Shown: piece after piece, positions 1 through 8,509 of the stretch
Numbering within the stretch: the stretch's first letter is position 1
How the letters are laid out: every line of letters begins with the position of its first letter
From: a virus
Taxonomy: Duplodnaviria; Caudoviricetes
Direction: 5' to 3' (one strand)
Length of the DNA stretch: 41,310 nt
IMG/VR virus record: IMGVR_UViG_3300048856_000105
Coordinates: 1-41,310 of that record
Position numbers and translations under genes: made by a program
Notes under the pieces: generated by a model
The model's database searches: none
What the model was told of the DNA's origin: nothing
The model's input: only the letters and a program-made list of their open reading frames with translations

Positions 1-195
1 TTAAGCGGCCACGGCTTGCGGCCACCACATCCATTCTATGGCTGAGGCCAGAACCTCGTCGCGAATCACGTAGGCAACCTCGCCTTCGTGATGAAGCTCC
101 CACGCCGACAGAAGAGGAACGAACTCTCCAACGGTGAACTTCTGGTTTCGGATCACAACGGCAGCTCCGGTCTCGATGAGGTCGAGCATGCTCAT
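1..195 (-). CDS. hypothetical protein
   Basis: 64 aa ORF coupled (ATGA overlap) to the upstream ORF ending at 192. Confidence 0.6.
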   Translation of the reverse strand: MSMLDLIETGAAVVIRNQKFTVGEFVPLLSAWELHHEGEVAYVIRDEVLASAIEWMWWPQAVAA

Positions 196-545
196 GCCGC
201 AAGCTCCAGCTCTTCCGCCTCATCGGCCTGGTTCATCATGGTCAGGTAGCTGGCAACATCGTGTGGCCCCATGCGGTCAATCTTGAGCACCCGCAGGCAG
301 TCCAGATCTTTAAGCTCGATGGCCTCGTAATGAGGAAGCCCATCATAGACCATTGCCACGGCGCCGCCGCAGCTGGTGGTCAGCAGGATGGTCACGACAC
401 GGTGCCAGCCTTCGGAGTCCTCATAGGTGATGACGTCGCCGACTTGGAAGCGTGGCGGTGCATCAGCGATGGATGCTTGAAATTCGGCAATCACTCTCGC
501 CCGTCTGAGCGCGGGGAGTTCGTTCGGTCTAAATGCAATGGTCAT
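192..545 (-). CDS. hypothetical protein
   Basis: ORF likely starts MTIAF (545); RFQVGDVI beta-motif; overlaps next gene by 4 nt. Confidence 0.6.
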   Translation of the reverse strand: MTIAFRPNELPALRRARVIAEFQASIADAPPRFQVGDVITYEDSEGWHRVVTILLTTSCGGAVAMVYDGLPHYEAIELKDLDCLRVLKIDRMGPHDVASYLTMMNQADEAEELELAA

Positions 546-959
546 GGGTAGTTGTGCTCGCGGTAGTCCCAGCACGGCGCTTCTGAAGGCAGGCGTGCAT
601 GGCAAACCAGTGGACGGCACTGGCGCCGGGAAGTTCAGAACACGCCCGCGAAGACGTGCGCCACGACCTTCAGCCTTTCGGCTTTATGCAAGGCCAAGTT
701 TGCACTTGACGACCGTGGCCTTCCCGACAATAGTGTGCCGGTCGCGACAACGGTGTTGTCTCGTCAAATTTCAGCGTCACCTGGCCGGCAAGCCAAGGCA
801 CACGCCTATCGCGGTCTGCATCGCAATCCCCGGCAAGGGACCGATGCGGGAGTTCTGAAGCTCCGCGAACAACCTAACCATTAACCACAGATAGCGCAAC
901 AACTTCCCCACCGGGGGAGCGGTTAAGCGTGTCCTAAATTTCGTCATGGATTTTTCATT

Positions 960-1571
960 ATGGGTGACCGCGGGTTCGGTGTCCGCCTTTTCGAGATCCA
1001 GAAGGACGGAAGCCTTGAGCCCCTTCTCGGAGTTGACGAAGATCACTTCGCAGGCGCAGTCCCGGACGTAGGCGACACCTACGCCAAGTGGGGCATCGAC
1101 GACCAGTACACCTTCTTCAGCGTGCAGCGCCGCATCTTCGTAGACAGTCCGGGTACTCAAGGGTGGTGCGTCGTGGTCCGCGAAATTGAAGTCGCTCCGC
1201 AGCTTGATGCAGTCGTACGTGAATGGATCGCCGACACTGATTTTTGGCTTGCAGTCGAAGAGCAGGAACGCAAGGATGAATCGGACCAGCAGGCGCAGCT
1301 AGAGCAGCGTGACGCTCAGCGCAACCAGAACGCGCCACGTCATCGGCTGCACCCCCGCGAGGTGAAGACGCTGCGGTTCATGATCGGACATCCCGAATGT
1401 ATGACGCTGGCAACTATTCGCGGCGCCGCCGAACACACTATTAGCGTGCTTGCGGAAGCCAAGCTAGTTCGCGGAGCAGGCAAGGATGCCAGTGGCGAGC
1501 AGCAGTGGAAGGTGACAGCGGAGGGGCGGGCCGAGATCCAGCGCTATGACCTTTGGACCGCCCCTCGATAA
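960..1571 (+). CDS. hypothetical protein with C-terminal winged-helix-like domain shared with 2712..3251 and 3248..3802
   Basis: 203 aa ORF; C-term LRFMIGHPEC...WKVTAEGRAEIQR aligns by eye with two downstream ORFs. Confidence 0.75.
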   Translation: MGDRGFGVRLFEIQKDGSLEPLLGVDEDHFAGAVPDVGDTYAKWGIDDQYTFFSVQRRIFVDSPGTQGWCVVVREIEVAPQLDAVVREWIADTDFWLAVEEQERKDESDQQAQLEQRDAQRNQNAPRHRLHPREVKTLRFMIGHPECMTLATIRGAAEHTISVLAEAKLVRGAGKDASGEQQWKVTAEGRAEIQRYDLWTAPR

Positions 1572-1876
1572 CAGATCAAACGGTGAACAGAAGGCGCCAG
1601 AAGCAGGCGTTGAGTTTTTGCTTGTGGATTAAGGTGATGAGGCAGGCGCCGCACATCGGTTTGCGTCATAGTAAGCACCGCAGCCGAGAGAACGACGGCG
1701 CAGACAACGCCTTGAACGTCGTCCCTCAGCTGCTGGCGCTATGCCCGCAGGAGGAGGGGAAGGGTGCAACCTTCCTCTCCTTTGCGGTATCTTTACCGTG
1801 CCGCACTAGCGCGGACCGTGCAACACGCAAAATGTCGGCACCGCTAAATCGGTGTGGATGACTTGAGGTCAGCAGA

Positions 1877-2098
1877 ATGAAGAAGTCCGAAGCGGAGCCC
1901 GCCATTCGACAGCTAGCCTCTCAGTGGCATCGGGATCTGCCGGACGACCAGAAAGAGCATCCAAGCTTCGGCGCGTTCACTAGTTGGGTGCACCAGATCG
2001 GCTACGGTCGCTACCTCGACTTCCGCTCAACTATGGGTGCTCACTACGACGCTGAGATGTGGTTCGATGACGCGCTCGGGCAGAACTGGCGGCGGTAA
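1877..2098 (+). CDS. small hypothetical protein
   Basis: 73 aa ORF, GAGG RBS, protein-like composition. Confidence 0.7.
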   Translation: MKKSEAEPAIRQLASQWHRDLPDDQKEHPSFGAFTSWVHQIGYGRYLDFRSTMGAHYDAEMWFDDALGQNWRR

Positions 2099-2256
2099 CT
2101 CCAGAACGATCGAGATGCTTGACCACCCTCTCCCGCACCAATAGCTTCTAACTGCGGCTACCACCGCTCGCGGCCACCACCCGCAAGACACCACAGAGGA
2201 GACTGTGCCGATGCAATGCAGCGGACAGGAGAAATTTGTGTTGTTGCGGAGTGAAA

Positions 2257-2715
2257 ATGACGAAGCCCTATATCCAGCAGGCGGCCCTCACCTACTCGCG
2301 TTCTTCTCAGCCGCTTGATCCTGACAAGGGCTGGCAGCGAGAAGACGTCCAGCTCGCCTTCATGACCGGGATGCAAGACGCCGGCGTTCGACGGCTGCTG
2401 ACCGTACCGGAAGTGGCTGATCTCCTGGCAGTCTCGCCGTCGGTCGTGCGCGAGTTGGTGAGGTACGGCGAACTCGCTTACGTCCACGCCGGCCGCGGCA
2501 CTGAGCGCAAGCACCTCACCTTCAGCCCGGACGAGATCGAGAGATTCATCAAGCGGCACACTGAGCGAGTGCCGTACGATCTCGGAGCGAAATCGTTACG
2601 GTACGGGTCACGGAAGCGCGGAGCTGAGCTCGCGGTCGATCGGGCCTTGGGTGGATCACAATTGGAGGCCAGCCTGATGAAGCTTACCGCAAAGAAGCGG
2701 AAAAAGAAGCCATGA
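2257..2715 (+). CDS. excisionase-family (HTH_17/MerR-like) DNA-binding protein
   Basis: LLTVPEVADLLAVSPSVVRELVRYGEL...FSPDEIERFI motif; start uncertain (2257, 2362 or 2371). Confidence 0.8.
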   Translation: MTKPYIQQAALTYSRSSQPLDPDKGWQREDVQLAFMTGMQDAGVRRLLTVPEVADLLAVSPSVVRELVRYGELAYVHAGRGTERKHLTFSPDEIERFIKRHTERVPYDLGAKSLRYGSRKRGAELAVDRALGGSQLEASLMKLTAKKRKKKP

Positions 2716-3251
2716 ACGACGCCCTCTCCAAGCTCCCGCTCTTCGCCACCGACGACGAAATCGCCATCGCCATGGTCGGTCGCAAGCGCGCGTCCGAATG
2801 GAAACGCCGCGCCTTGAAGATCCTCGAGCACCGCGGCTTTCCCGCCTTCGATGCACTTCATGGTGGCCGGCCAGTCCCGCTGATCCGCAAGTGGTACGAG
2901 ATGCATATGGGCCTGAACCTCGATCGCGTGAGGCCGGACATCGAGGGCGGCAAAGAGAACCTTAGCGCTTGGACTAGGACCCGTCAGCGGCGCGAGGATA
3001 AGAAGCCGCAACTTGGTCTAGATGGCCGCTGCCAGAAGGTACTGCTCTACATGGTAGCGCATCCTGACGCGCGCACTCATCCAGCCATCCCGAATGCTGC
3101 GCTCTTCACGATGGAGAAGCTGGCCGAAAAGGCTGCAGTCGTGGCTGGCAAGAAGGACCGAGACGGCGACGTCGTATGGGAGGTGACGGACGCGGGGCGC
3201 GAGGAGGCCAAGCGGATCGACTGGTACTTCAACGGGAAATCACGGCAATGA
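2712..3251 (+). CDS. Xis-like HTH protein fused to C-terminal winged-helix-like domain
   Basis: N-term ATDDEIAIAMVG...LEHRGFPAFDALHGGRPVPLIRKWY resembles phage Xis-like proteins; ATGA overlaps on both sides. Confidence 0.65.
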   Translation: MNDALSKLPLFATDDEIAIAMVGRKRASEWKRRALKILEHRGFPAFDALHGGRPVPLIRKWYEMHMGLNLDRVRPDIEGGKENLSAWTRTRQRREDKKPQLGLDGRCQKVLLYMVAHPDARTHPAIPNAALFTMEKLAEKAAVVAGKKDRDGDVVWEVTDAGREEAKRIDWYFNGKSRQ

Positions 3252-3802
3252 CCGACAGTCCCCCTCGCCTCATGGGTCGGAAAGAAGCTGCCGAGTATCT
3301 TGGCATAGGTGAGTCCACCTTCTCGTTGTGGGTGTCGACGCACAAGATGCCGCCGGCGATCCCAGGTACTCGCAAATGGGACAGGCGCGCGATTGACGCT
3401 AAGCTCGACGAGATCAGCGGGCTGGCGCAGGCCGGTGATCCCATGAAAGACACCTTCGCGCGGTGGGAGCGGGAGAAGCGCGCGGCGTCCTCGCCTCGAT
3501 CCCATGGAACAGACGTGGCGAAGTGGCGCGAGCAGAAGGAGAAGCGTCGGGCAAAGTATCGGCCTAAGATGGACCTCAACGCGAAGTTGGAGCGCACGCT
3601 CCTGCATATTGCAGCACATCCGGAATGTGATACCGCGGCCTCCATTCCCGGCGCAGGCATCGTCCTGCTCGACGAGCTGATATCAGTTGGCGCAGTTCGC
3701 CTGGTCGGCGCCGAGAAGGAGGCCTTGCGCTATGCCTTAACTGAAGAGGGCGAGGCCGAAGCGAAGCGGATCAAAAAGTGGCGTGCACTGGCGCCGGATT
3801 GA
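3248..3802 (+). CDS. AlpA/Xis-like HTH protein fused to C-terminal winged-helix-like domain
   Basis: PRLMGRKEAAEYLGIGESTF...PGTRKWDRRAIDAKLD; ATG 3248 overlaps previous stop. Confidence 0.75.
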   Translation: MTDSPPRLMGRKEAAEYLGIGESTFSLWVSTHKMPPAIPGTRKWDRRAIDAKLDEISGLAQAGDPMKDTFARWEREKRAASSPRSHGTDVAKWREQKEKRRAKYRPKMDLNAKLERTLLHIAAHPECDTAASIPGAGIVLLDELISVGAVRLVGAEKEALRYALTEEGEAEAKRIKKWRALAPD

Positions 3803-3812
3803 TGGAGAAGCG

Positions 3813-3837
3813 GGAACCTTCGCGCAACACGTGCATT
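3813..3837 (+). promoter_or_regulatory. putative sigma-EcfG/RpoE2 (general stress) promoter
   Basis: GGAAC-N16-CATT, resembling the alphaproteobacterial EcfG consensus GGAAC-N16/17-CGTT. Confidence 0.45.
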
Positions 3838-3844
3838 AGAAGCC

Positions 3845-4040
3845 TGTCACGAGGGCGTACCCGTTCGTCCCCCCGAAAAGCACGCCCCCCAGCTACGTCC
3901 TCGTGACCAACCTTCCTCGGTCTGTCCGCTACCGTACCGCCACTTTCTTAGTGTCCCCCCGGTTCAAAACTGCTGAAGCGCTCGGAAGCCCCTCAAGGTC
4001 GTTAATCAATCGGGCGACCTCCTCCGGGCGCTTCACTTCT
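3845..4040 (+). ncRNA. candidate structured sRNA
   Basis: stems GTCACGAGG/CCTCGTGAC (3846-3907) and TGAAGCGCTCGGA/TCCGGGCGCTTCA (3974-4035), C-rich loops, no convincing ORF. Confidence 0.4.
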
Positions 4041-4094
4041 TCGACTTGCTCACTGGGCGGAGCCTTATCCAGTTCGGCCGGAGTAGAATCCTCA

Positions 4095-4128
4095 TTGACT
4101 CCCGTCGCAGCGAGAACATACTAAGAAC
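4095..4128 (+). promoter_or_regulatory. sigma70 promoter overlapped by alphaproteobacterial LexA box
   Basis: TTGACT at 4095-4100; GAAC-atactaa-GAAC at 4114-4128 covering the -10 region, upstream of SRAP operon. Confidence 0.8.
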
Positions 4129-4204
4129 GCTATCGGCCGCATGAAGGCGGTCATCCACAAGATGTCCACAGGTCAAGAACATGCTTCGGCGTGAAGGAGA
4201 AGCC

Positions 4205-4426
4205 GTGTCTGCAGCAGCAAAAGAAGCCGACAAGGAAGAAGTTCGCAGTGAGCTCGATGAAGTGCTCTCCTACCATGGCGGAGATGCTCTTGCTGCAGTC
4301 CAAACCCTCTTGGATGACTGCAAGCATCTACGCCGTGAGCTCGTGCTGACTGAGGGCGCCATGAGCCGTGGCATGACGCGCGGGTGGAAGCCAAGGTTTG
4401 ACCGTGAACAAGCCTCAGAGGAGTAG
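4205..4426 (+). CDS. small hypothetical protein (SOS operon)
   Basis: GTG start after AAGGAG RBS; ...MSRGMTRGWKP. Confidence 0.7.
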   Translation: MSAAAKEADKEEVRSELDEVLSYHGGDALAAVQTLLDDCKHLRRELVLTEGAMSRGMTRGWKPRFDREQASEE

Positions 4427-4429
4427 ATC

Positions 4430-4672
4430 ATGAGCCAGAAAGCCAGACTCATCGTGCTCGCTGCGTTCCAGAAGGATGACGAGGGCAACCTCGTGCCAGT
4501 CTTCGATCCAAGGCAGGTAGACACAGAGGAGCGCGCGACGCGGGAGGCCATGCTTCTTGCCACACAATATCCTGCTGTCGTCGCTTGGAGCCGAGAAGCG
4601 GATCCTGCCATCGGCGAGTACGGCCCGCCTGTGGTGCTATTCCAGCAGGGCGAGATCCCTGATCTTGAATGA
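4430..4672 (+). CDS. small hypothetical protein (SOS operon)
   Basis: 80 aa, GAGGAG RBS, VVAWSREADPAIGEYGPP. Confidence 0.75.
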   Translation: MSQKARLIVLAAFQKDDEGNLVPVFDPRQVDTEERATREAMLLATQYPAVVAWSREADPAIGEYGPPVVLFQQGEIPDLE

Positions 4673-4720
4673 GCGTACCTAACCAAGCCGGGTCAGCGCC
4701 AATCCAGTCAGAGCAGTGAC

Positions 4721-5062
4721 GTGCCTTCCGTCATCTACAAAGGGCATGCGCACTCCGCTCGCGAAAGCCAGATCCCTAAACTGTCGAACGCCGACGAGAA
4801 CGGCCAGTTCGTGAAAGTCCGCTGCAAGGCGTGCAAGATCACGCGCCACTATAGGCCGCGTGACATAAGAAAGCTGATCGGACATGATCAGCATGTCCTC
4901 AAGCTAAAGCGGCATTTTCGTTGCGAGAAGTGCCGGAGCAAGGACGAGATTGACGTCGAGTTCACATCGATGACGGCGAGCGAGCATGTCGGCCTGGTCA
5001 TTCGCGAGCTGGTCGATATCAAGATGGTGAAGAAGCCGATCTGGCGAGATAGGAAGATCTGA
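4721..5062 (+). CDS. Zn-ribbon protein
   Basis: CKAC...CEKC motifs. Confidence 0.7.
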   Translation: MPSVIYKGHAHSARESQIPKLSNADENGQFVKVRCKACKITRHYRPRDIRKLIGHDQHVLKLKRHFRCEKCRSKDEIDVEFTSMTASEHVGLVIRELVDIKMVKKPIWRDRKI

Positions 5063-5064
5063 CG

Positions 5065-5724
5065 ATGTGCAATCTCTACAACGTCTCGACAAACCAGGAA
5101 GCGATCCGCGCCATCACGAAGGCGTTCGACAGGCTCGGCAACCTTGAACCGTCGCTCGACGTCTATCCGGATCGATTCGGGCCGGTGGTTCGCAACACCG
5201 CAGACGACCGGGAGCTAACGAGCCTCACTTGGGGCATGCCGACACCGCCAAGCATCCTGCAAGGCAAGCCTGACAGCGGAGTCACCAACATCCGCAACAT
5301 CGGGTCGCCACACTGGCGCCGATGGCTGGGACCGCAGAACCGCTGCCTGGTGCCGTGGACGACGTTCTGCGAGTACGAAGACACCAAGCCAAAGAAGACC
5401 AAGCGCTGGTTCGCGCTCGACGAGGAGCGACCGCTCGCGTTCTTTGCCGGCATCTGGACTAGCTGGAACGGCACGCGTGGGTCGATGAAGACGCCGCGGG
5501 AAGGCTGGCACGACCTCTACGCCTTCCTTACCTGCGAGCCGAACAGCATTGTCCGCCCGATCCACCCGAAGGCCATGCCGGTGATCCTCACGACGCCGGA
5601 AGAGATCGACGTCTGGATGAACGCGCCTTGGGATGAGGCGAAGGCGCTGCAGCGGCCGCTTCCGGACGACAAGCTCATCCTGTTGCCCGTCGAGCAGCCG
5701 CAGATGCAGGGCAGCCTGCTATGA
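5065..5724 (+). CDS. SOS response-associated peptidase (SRAP/YedK/HMCES family), abasic-site processing
   Basis: N-terminal [34 protein letters not shown] motifs. Confidence 0.93.
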   Translation: MCNLYNVSTNQEAIRAITKAFDRLGNLEPSLDVYPDRFGPVVRNTADDRELTSLTWGMPTPPSILQGKPDSGVTNIRNIGSPHWRRWLGPQNRCLVPWTTFCEYEDTKPKKTKRWFALDEERPLAFFAGIWTSWNGTRGSMKTPREGWHDLYAFLTCEPNSIVRPIHPKAMPVILTTPEEIDVWMNAPWDEAKALQRPLPDDKLILLPVEQPQMQGSLL

Positions 5725-5849
5725 GAGACGAAGGCCGGACACAGCAGGCGGAAGCCAGCAATCCTTAACCACTCTCTAAGCAAATATTAGCGCCGCCTGA
5801 AACATAGTTCTTTTGATCTAGTTCTTCTGCATCAACAGTGGAGGAGAGC

Positions 5850-6656
5850 ATGCGCATTAGTAGGAGACTAGTAGCCACCAGCATCTTTGCCCTGACGCTG
5901 GCAGGCCAACCGGCGGTGGCTCGTGATTTTGGAGTGTCTATCGGTGGTGAACGAGGTATTGGTGCCGGACTCGGCGCCGGAAGAGGCGGACTCAGTGCCG
6001 GTGCCTCTCTTGGTGGCCGTAGTGGTGTGAACGCTGGTGTCGGCGTTGGTACAAGTAGAAACGGAACAACCGGTACTGGGGTTGGCGCATCGGTCGGCGG
6101 CCGTAACGGCGTAAGTGCGGGTGTCGGCGCCGGTGTCAGCGGCAACAGAGGTGTAGGCGCGGGCGTTGGTGCGTCGCTTGGAGGCAGAAATGGTGTCAAT
6201 GCCGGCGCCAATGCCTCAGTTGGTGGATCACGTGGCATCAGCGGAGGGCTATCAGCATCGGCCGGAGGCTCCCGCGGGCTCAACGCTGATGTAGGCGCAT
6301 CGGTTGGTGGAGGTGGTATCGGAGCAAACGCCGGCGTTGGTATCGGTGGTGGCGGTGCCGGCAGTGGCTCTGGAAGCGGGCCGGGAACAGGCGGCGGCAT
6401 AAGCGGCCCAGGAGCGGGAACCGGGGGCGGCATTGGAACCGGGGGAGGCATTGGAGCCGGTGGAGGCACCGTCTCAGGCCGAGGGTCCGTTAGCTCGCCG
6501 GGCAAAGGCCTTTCGCAGGCTCAGATGCGAGCTTTACGATCAATGTCGAGCCAAGAGCGGGCGCAGATGCTGAAGCGCTGCAATACCGTTGGCGGTGGCT
6601 ATGATCCGGCCTTGGTAAACCTCTGCCGTTTGTTACGGATGTCAGCCTCCAGATAG
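5850..6656 (+). CDS. exported glycine-rich repeat protein
   Basis: signal peptide (..QPAVA-RD), GASLGGRxGVNAG repeats, C-terminal helical Cys pair; GGAGGAG RBS. Confidence 0.8.
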   Translation: MRISRRLVATSIFALTLAGQPAVARDFGVSIGGERGIGAGLGAGRGGLSAGASLGGRSGVNAGVGVGTSRNGTTGTGVGASVGGRNGVSAGVGAGVSGNRGVGAGVGASLGGRNGVNAGANASVGGSRGISGGLSASAGGSRGLNADVGASVGGGGIGANAGVGIGGGGAGSGSGSGPGTGGGISGPGAGTGGGIGTGGGIGAGGGTVSGRGSVSSPGKGLSQAQMRALRSMSSQERAQMLKRCNTVGGGYDPALVNLCRLLRMSASR

Positions 6657-6694
6657 CAGCACCTGGTGTGAGTTTGTCAAACCATCAGCAACGC

Positions 6695-6727
6695 ATGAGC
6701 GCCCCCTGTCTCGCGGTGGGCGCTTAT
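6695..6727. terminator. hairpin between convergent genes
   Basis: ATGAGCGCCC...GGGCGCTTAT. Confidence 0.55.
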
Positions 6728-6754
6728 TTGGTTAGGTGTTTTGAGCAGAAGACT

Positions 6755-7165
6755 CTAGTCCATCTCGTCGCCATGTTCTGCCAGCTGATCGATCGGGTAG
6801 ACGATGCCGGAGAAAAACAACGGCATCGCGTCACCGCTCTGGAAACAGCGTCCCATGGCAATCGACCATCGATATTCCCCTGAAGCGTCCATCAGCCGGT
6901 GCTCCGCGTGGTAAGGTCGACCGTCAAGGATAGCTTGCTTGATCAGGCGCTTGGTATGGGATCGATCCTCCTCATGAACCCGGGCAAAGTAATCTTCGAA
7001 CGGAAGGCCTTTCGCAGCTTTGGCCGGATCAAGTCCGAAGAGCGAGGCGATGAGGCTATCTCCATAGATTAGGTTGCTATCGACAGCCCACGTAAAGATG
7101 CCGGCTTCGATAATTTCGGCTCCGTCTTCGTCATTTTGCCGATTGTCAGGCTCGACCAAGATCAC
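6755..7165 (-). CDS. stand-alone PAS (PAS_3) domain protein
   Basis: AGIFTW..SLFGL..RVHEEDR..YHAEHRL..GEYRW..GR; GTG start with GGGAGG RBS. Confidence 0.85.
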   Translation of the reverse strand: MILVEPDNRQNDEDGAEIIEAGIFTWAVDSNLIYGDSLIASLFGLDPAKAAKGLPFEDYFARVHEEDRSHTKRLIKQAILDGRPYHAEHRLMDASGEYRWSIAMGRCFQSGDAMPLFFSGIVYPIDQLAEHGDEMD

Positions 7166-7447
7166 GTGCTTCCTCCCAAGATGTGGCCTCGTCTCGCGAC
7201 CACCTACCCACCCAACCTGGGGACGGTAGCGCACGGTTCTATCTGAGGTAGGATCGAAGAAGATAATGCAAGTAGGTAAGGGGGTCTAACCGGTTAAAAT
7301 AGTTCAGGATGCAATTTGTATGTGATAACGTGTCACGATCCGCAGTGGCCGATGCTAAGACTCCAGTTGATCATAACAAAGACCCAATAGAGAGACTTGA
7401 CTGGAGGATGTTGAAACGCGCTGATCAAGCGCTGGAAAGGTACTGAG

Positions 7448-7651
7448 ATGAGTGAGCCTATAGCTGTCCGACTGATGCGGTGGAGAGATGAGCTCAACTT
7501 AACGCCATCATCAGAAGAACACCCAAGATCAACCTCGACGTCTTTGTCGGAACATCTCGGTCGGATCCGGGAAGCGAAGCGCCAGGTGCAGCTACAGCGC
7601 GCAGAGGCAGGGATGGTAGACGGGACCGACAGGGCCGAGACTAATGGCTAG
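7448..7651 (+). CDS. hypothetical protein
   Basis: 67 aa ORF. Confidence 0.45.
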   Translation: MSEPIAVRLMRWRDELNLTPSSEEHPRSTSTSLSEHLGRIREAKRQVQLQRAEAGMVDGTDRAETNG

Positions 7652-7686
7652 CTTGCCGCCGATTCCTGCCGCCCTATCTCCGCGTC

Positions 7687-7923
7687 ATGCAAGAGATCCC
7701 GTCCCCCAACGTTCCCAAAAGCGACGAGAACCGTCACCTGTTCTGCCAGATGGCTGTCGAACCATCCCTGCAGGACGTTGTCGAAGATGCGATGCTGGCT
7801 GGGTGGTCTGAGCGCGAGATCCTCTCTGCCATCATCGAGATTGCCGATAATCTCATGTTGGCATCCGCGTGCAACGATGATCTGAAGGAACTGCTTGCCG
7901 TACTGAAGAAGCGCCGGAACTAG
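7687..7923 (+). CDS. hypothetical protein
   Basis: 78 aa, CQMAVE..AGWSEREILSAIIEIADN. Confidence 0.7.
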   Translation: MQEIPSPNVPKSDENRHLFCQMAVEPSLQDVVEDAMLAGWSEREILSAIIEIADNLMLASACNDDLKELLAVLKKRRN

Positions 7924-7931
7924 GAGAGGCC

Positions 7932-8129
7932 ATGCCGAGCCGGGTTGAAGAACACAGAGGCTACCGCATCGCTATCTACAGCCCACTCAACCACTACGCC
8001 GTGGTCACTCCACCCGGCGGTAACGCCGTCATCGACTTCGGCAAGCCAGCTGTGGCAACGGTAGTTGAGGGGGCAGACGTCTGTCTCGTCCGAGCCAAGA
8101 CGCTGATCGACGACCCTTTAGGCACCTGA
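7932..8129 (+). CDS. hypothetical protein
   Basis: 65 aa, GGAGAGG RBS, EHRGYRIAIY. Confidence 0.7.
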   Translation: MPSRVEEHRGYRIAIYSPLNHYAVVTPPGGNAVIDFGKPAVATVVEGADVCLVRAKTLIDDPLGT

Positions 8130-8132
8130 AAC

Positions 8133-8168
8133 AAAAAAAGCGCCCTCCACCGTGAGGCAGAGAGCGCT
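8133..8168 (-). terminator. intrinsic terminator for leftward transcription
   Basis: minus strand AGCGCTCTCTGC-CTCACG-GTGGAGGGCGCT followed by a T run. Confidence 0.75.
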
Positions 8169-8200
8169 ATAATAGAACCTCCCGAAGCAGGGAGGATGCG

Positions 8201-8410
8201 ATGCATTGGGATTGCGCGGCATGCCGCGATACGGGCTGGGTTTGCGAGTCTCATACGCAGAAGCCATGGACCGGACCTCACGAATGTGGATGTGGGGCCG
8301 CCGGAATGCCCTGCCCTCACTGCTCACCGGATAATGCCTGGGATAAGCCACCCGATGTGTCGCGCGTTTTCAGATCAGTGATGAGGATGCGCGGCAAGAC
8401 CACTCATTAG
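8201..8410 (+). CDS. small Cys-rich Zn-finger-like protein
   Basis: CAACRDTGWVCESH...CGCGAAGMPCPHC; GGGAGG RBS. Confidence 0.7.
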   Translation: MHWDCAACRDTGWVCESHTQKPWTGPHECGCGAAGMPCPHCSPDNAWDKPPDVSRVFRSVMRMRGKTTH

Positions 8411-8509
8411 CGAGTACGTTGCTGTCTTCGAAAGAGTGGTTGAACTTTGCTTAACAGCTCCTTACCTCCCCCGCCGCCAGCCACAATAGGCGGCACAATG
8501 GGAGGTAGT

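Noticed and set aside
700-770. Short repeats CGACAA-N2-GTGT and opposed TTGACG hexamers
   Set aside because: Plausibly divergent promoters/operators but too short to support a call.
5807-5824. GTTC..GTTC upstream of Gly-rich gene as SOS box
   Set aside because: Spacer is 10 nt, not 7.
5765-6505. Pro-rich 246-aa ORF
   Set aside because: Reverse complement of the Gly codons of the exported protein, which has the RBS and signal peptide.
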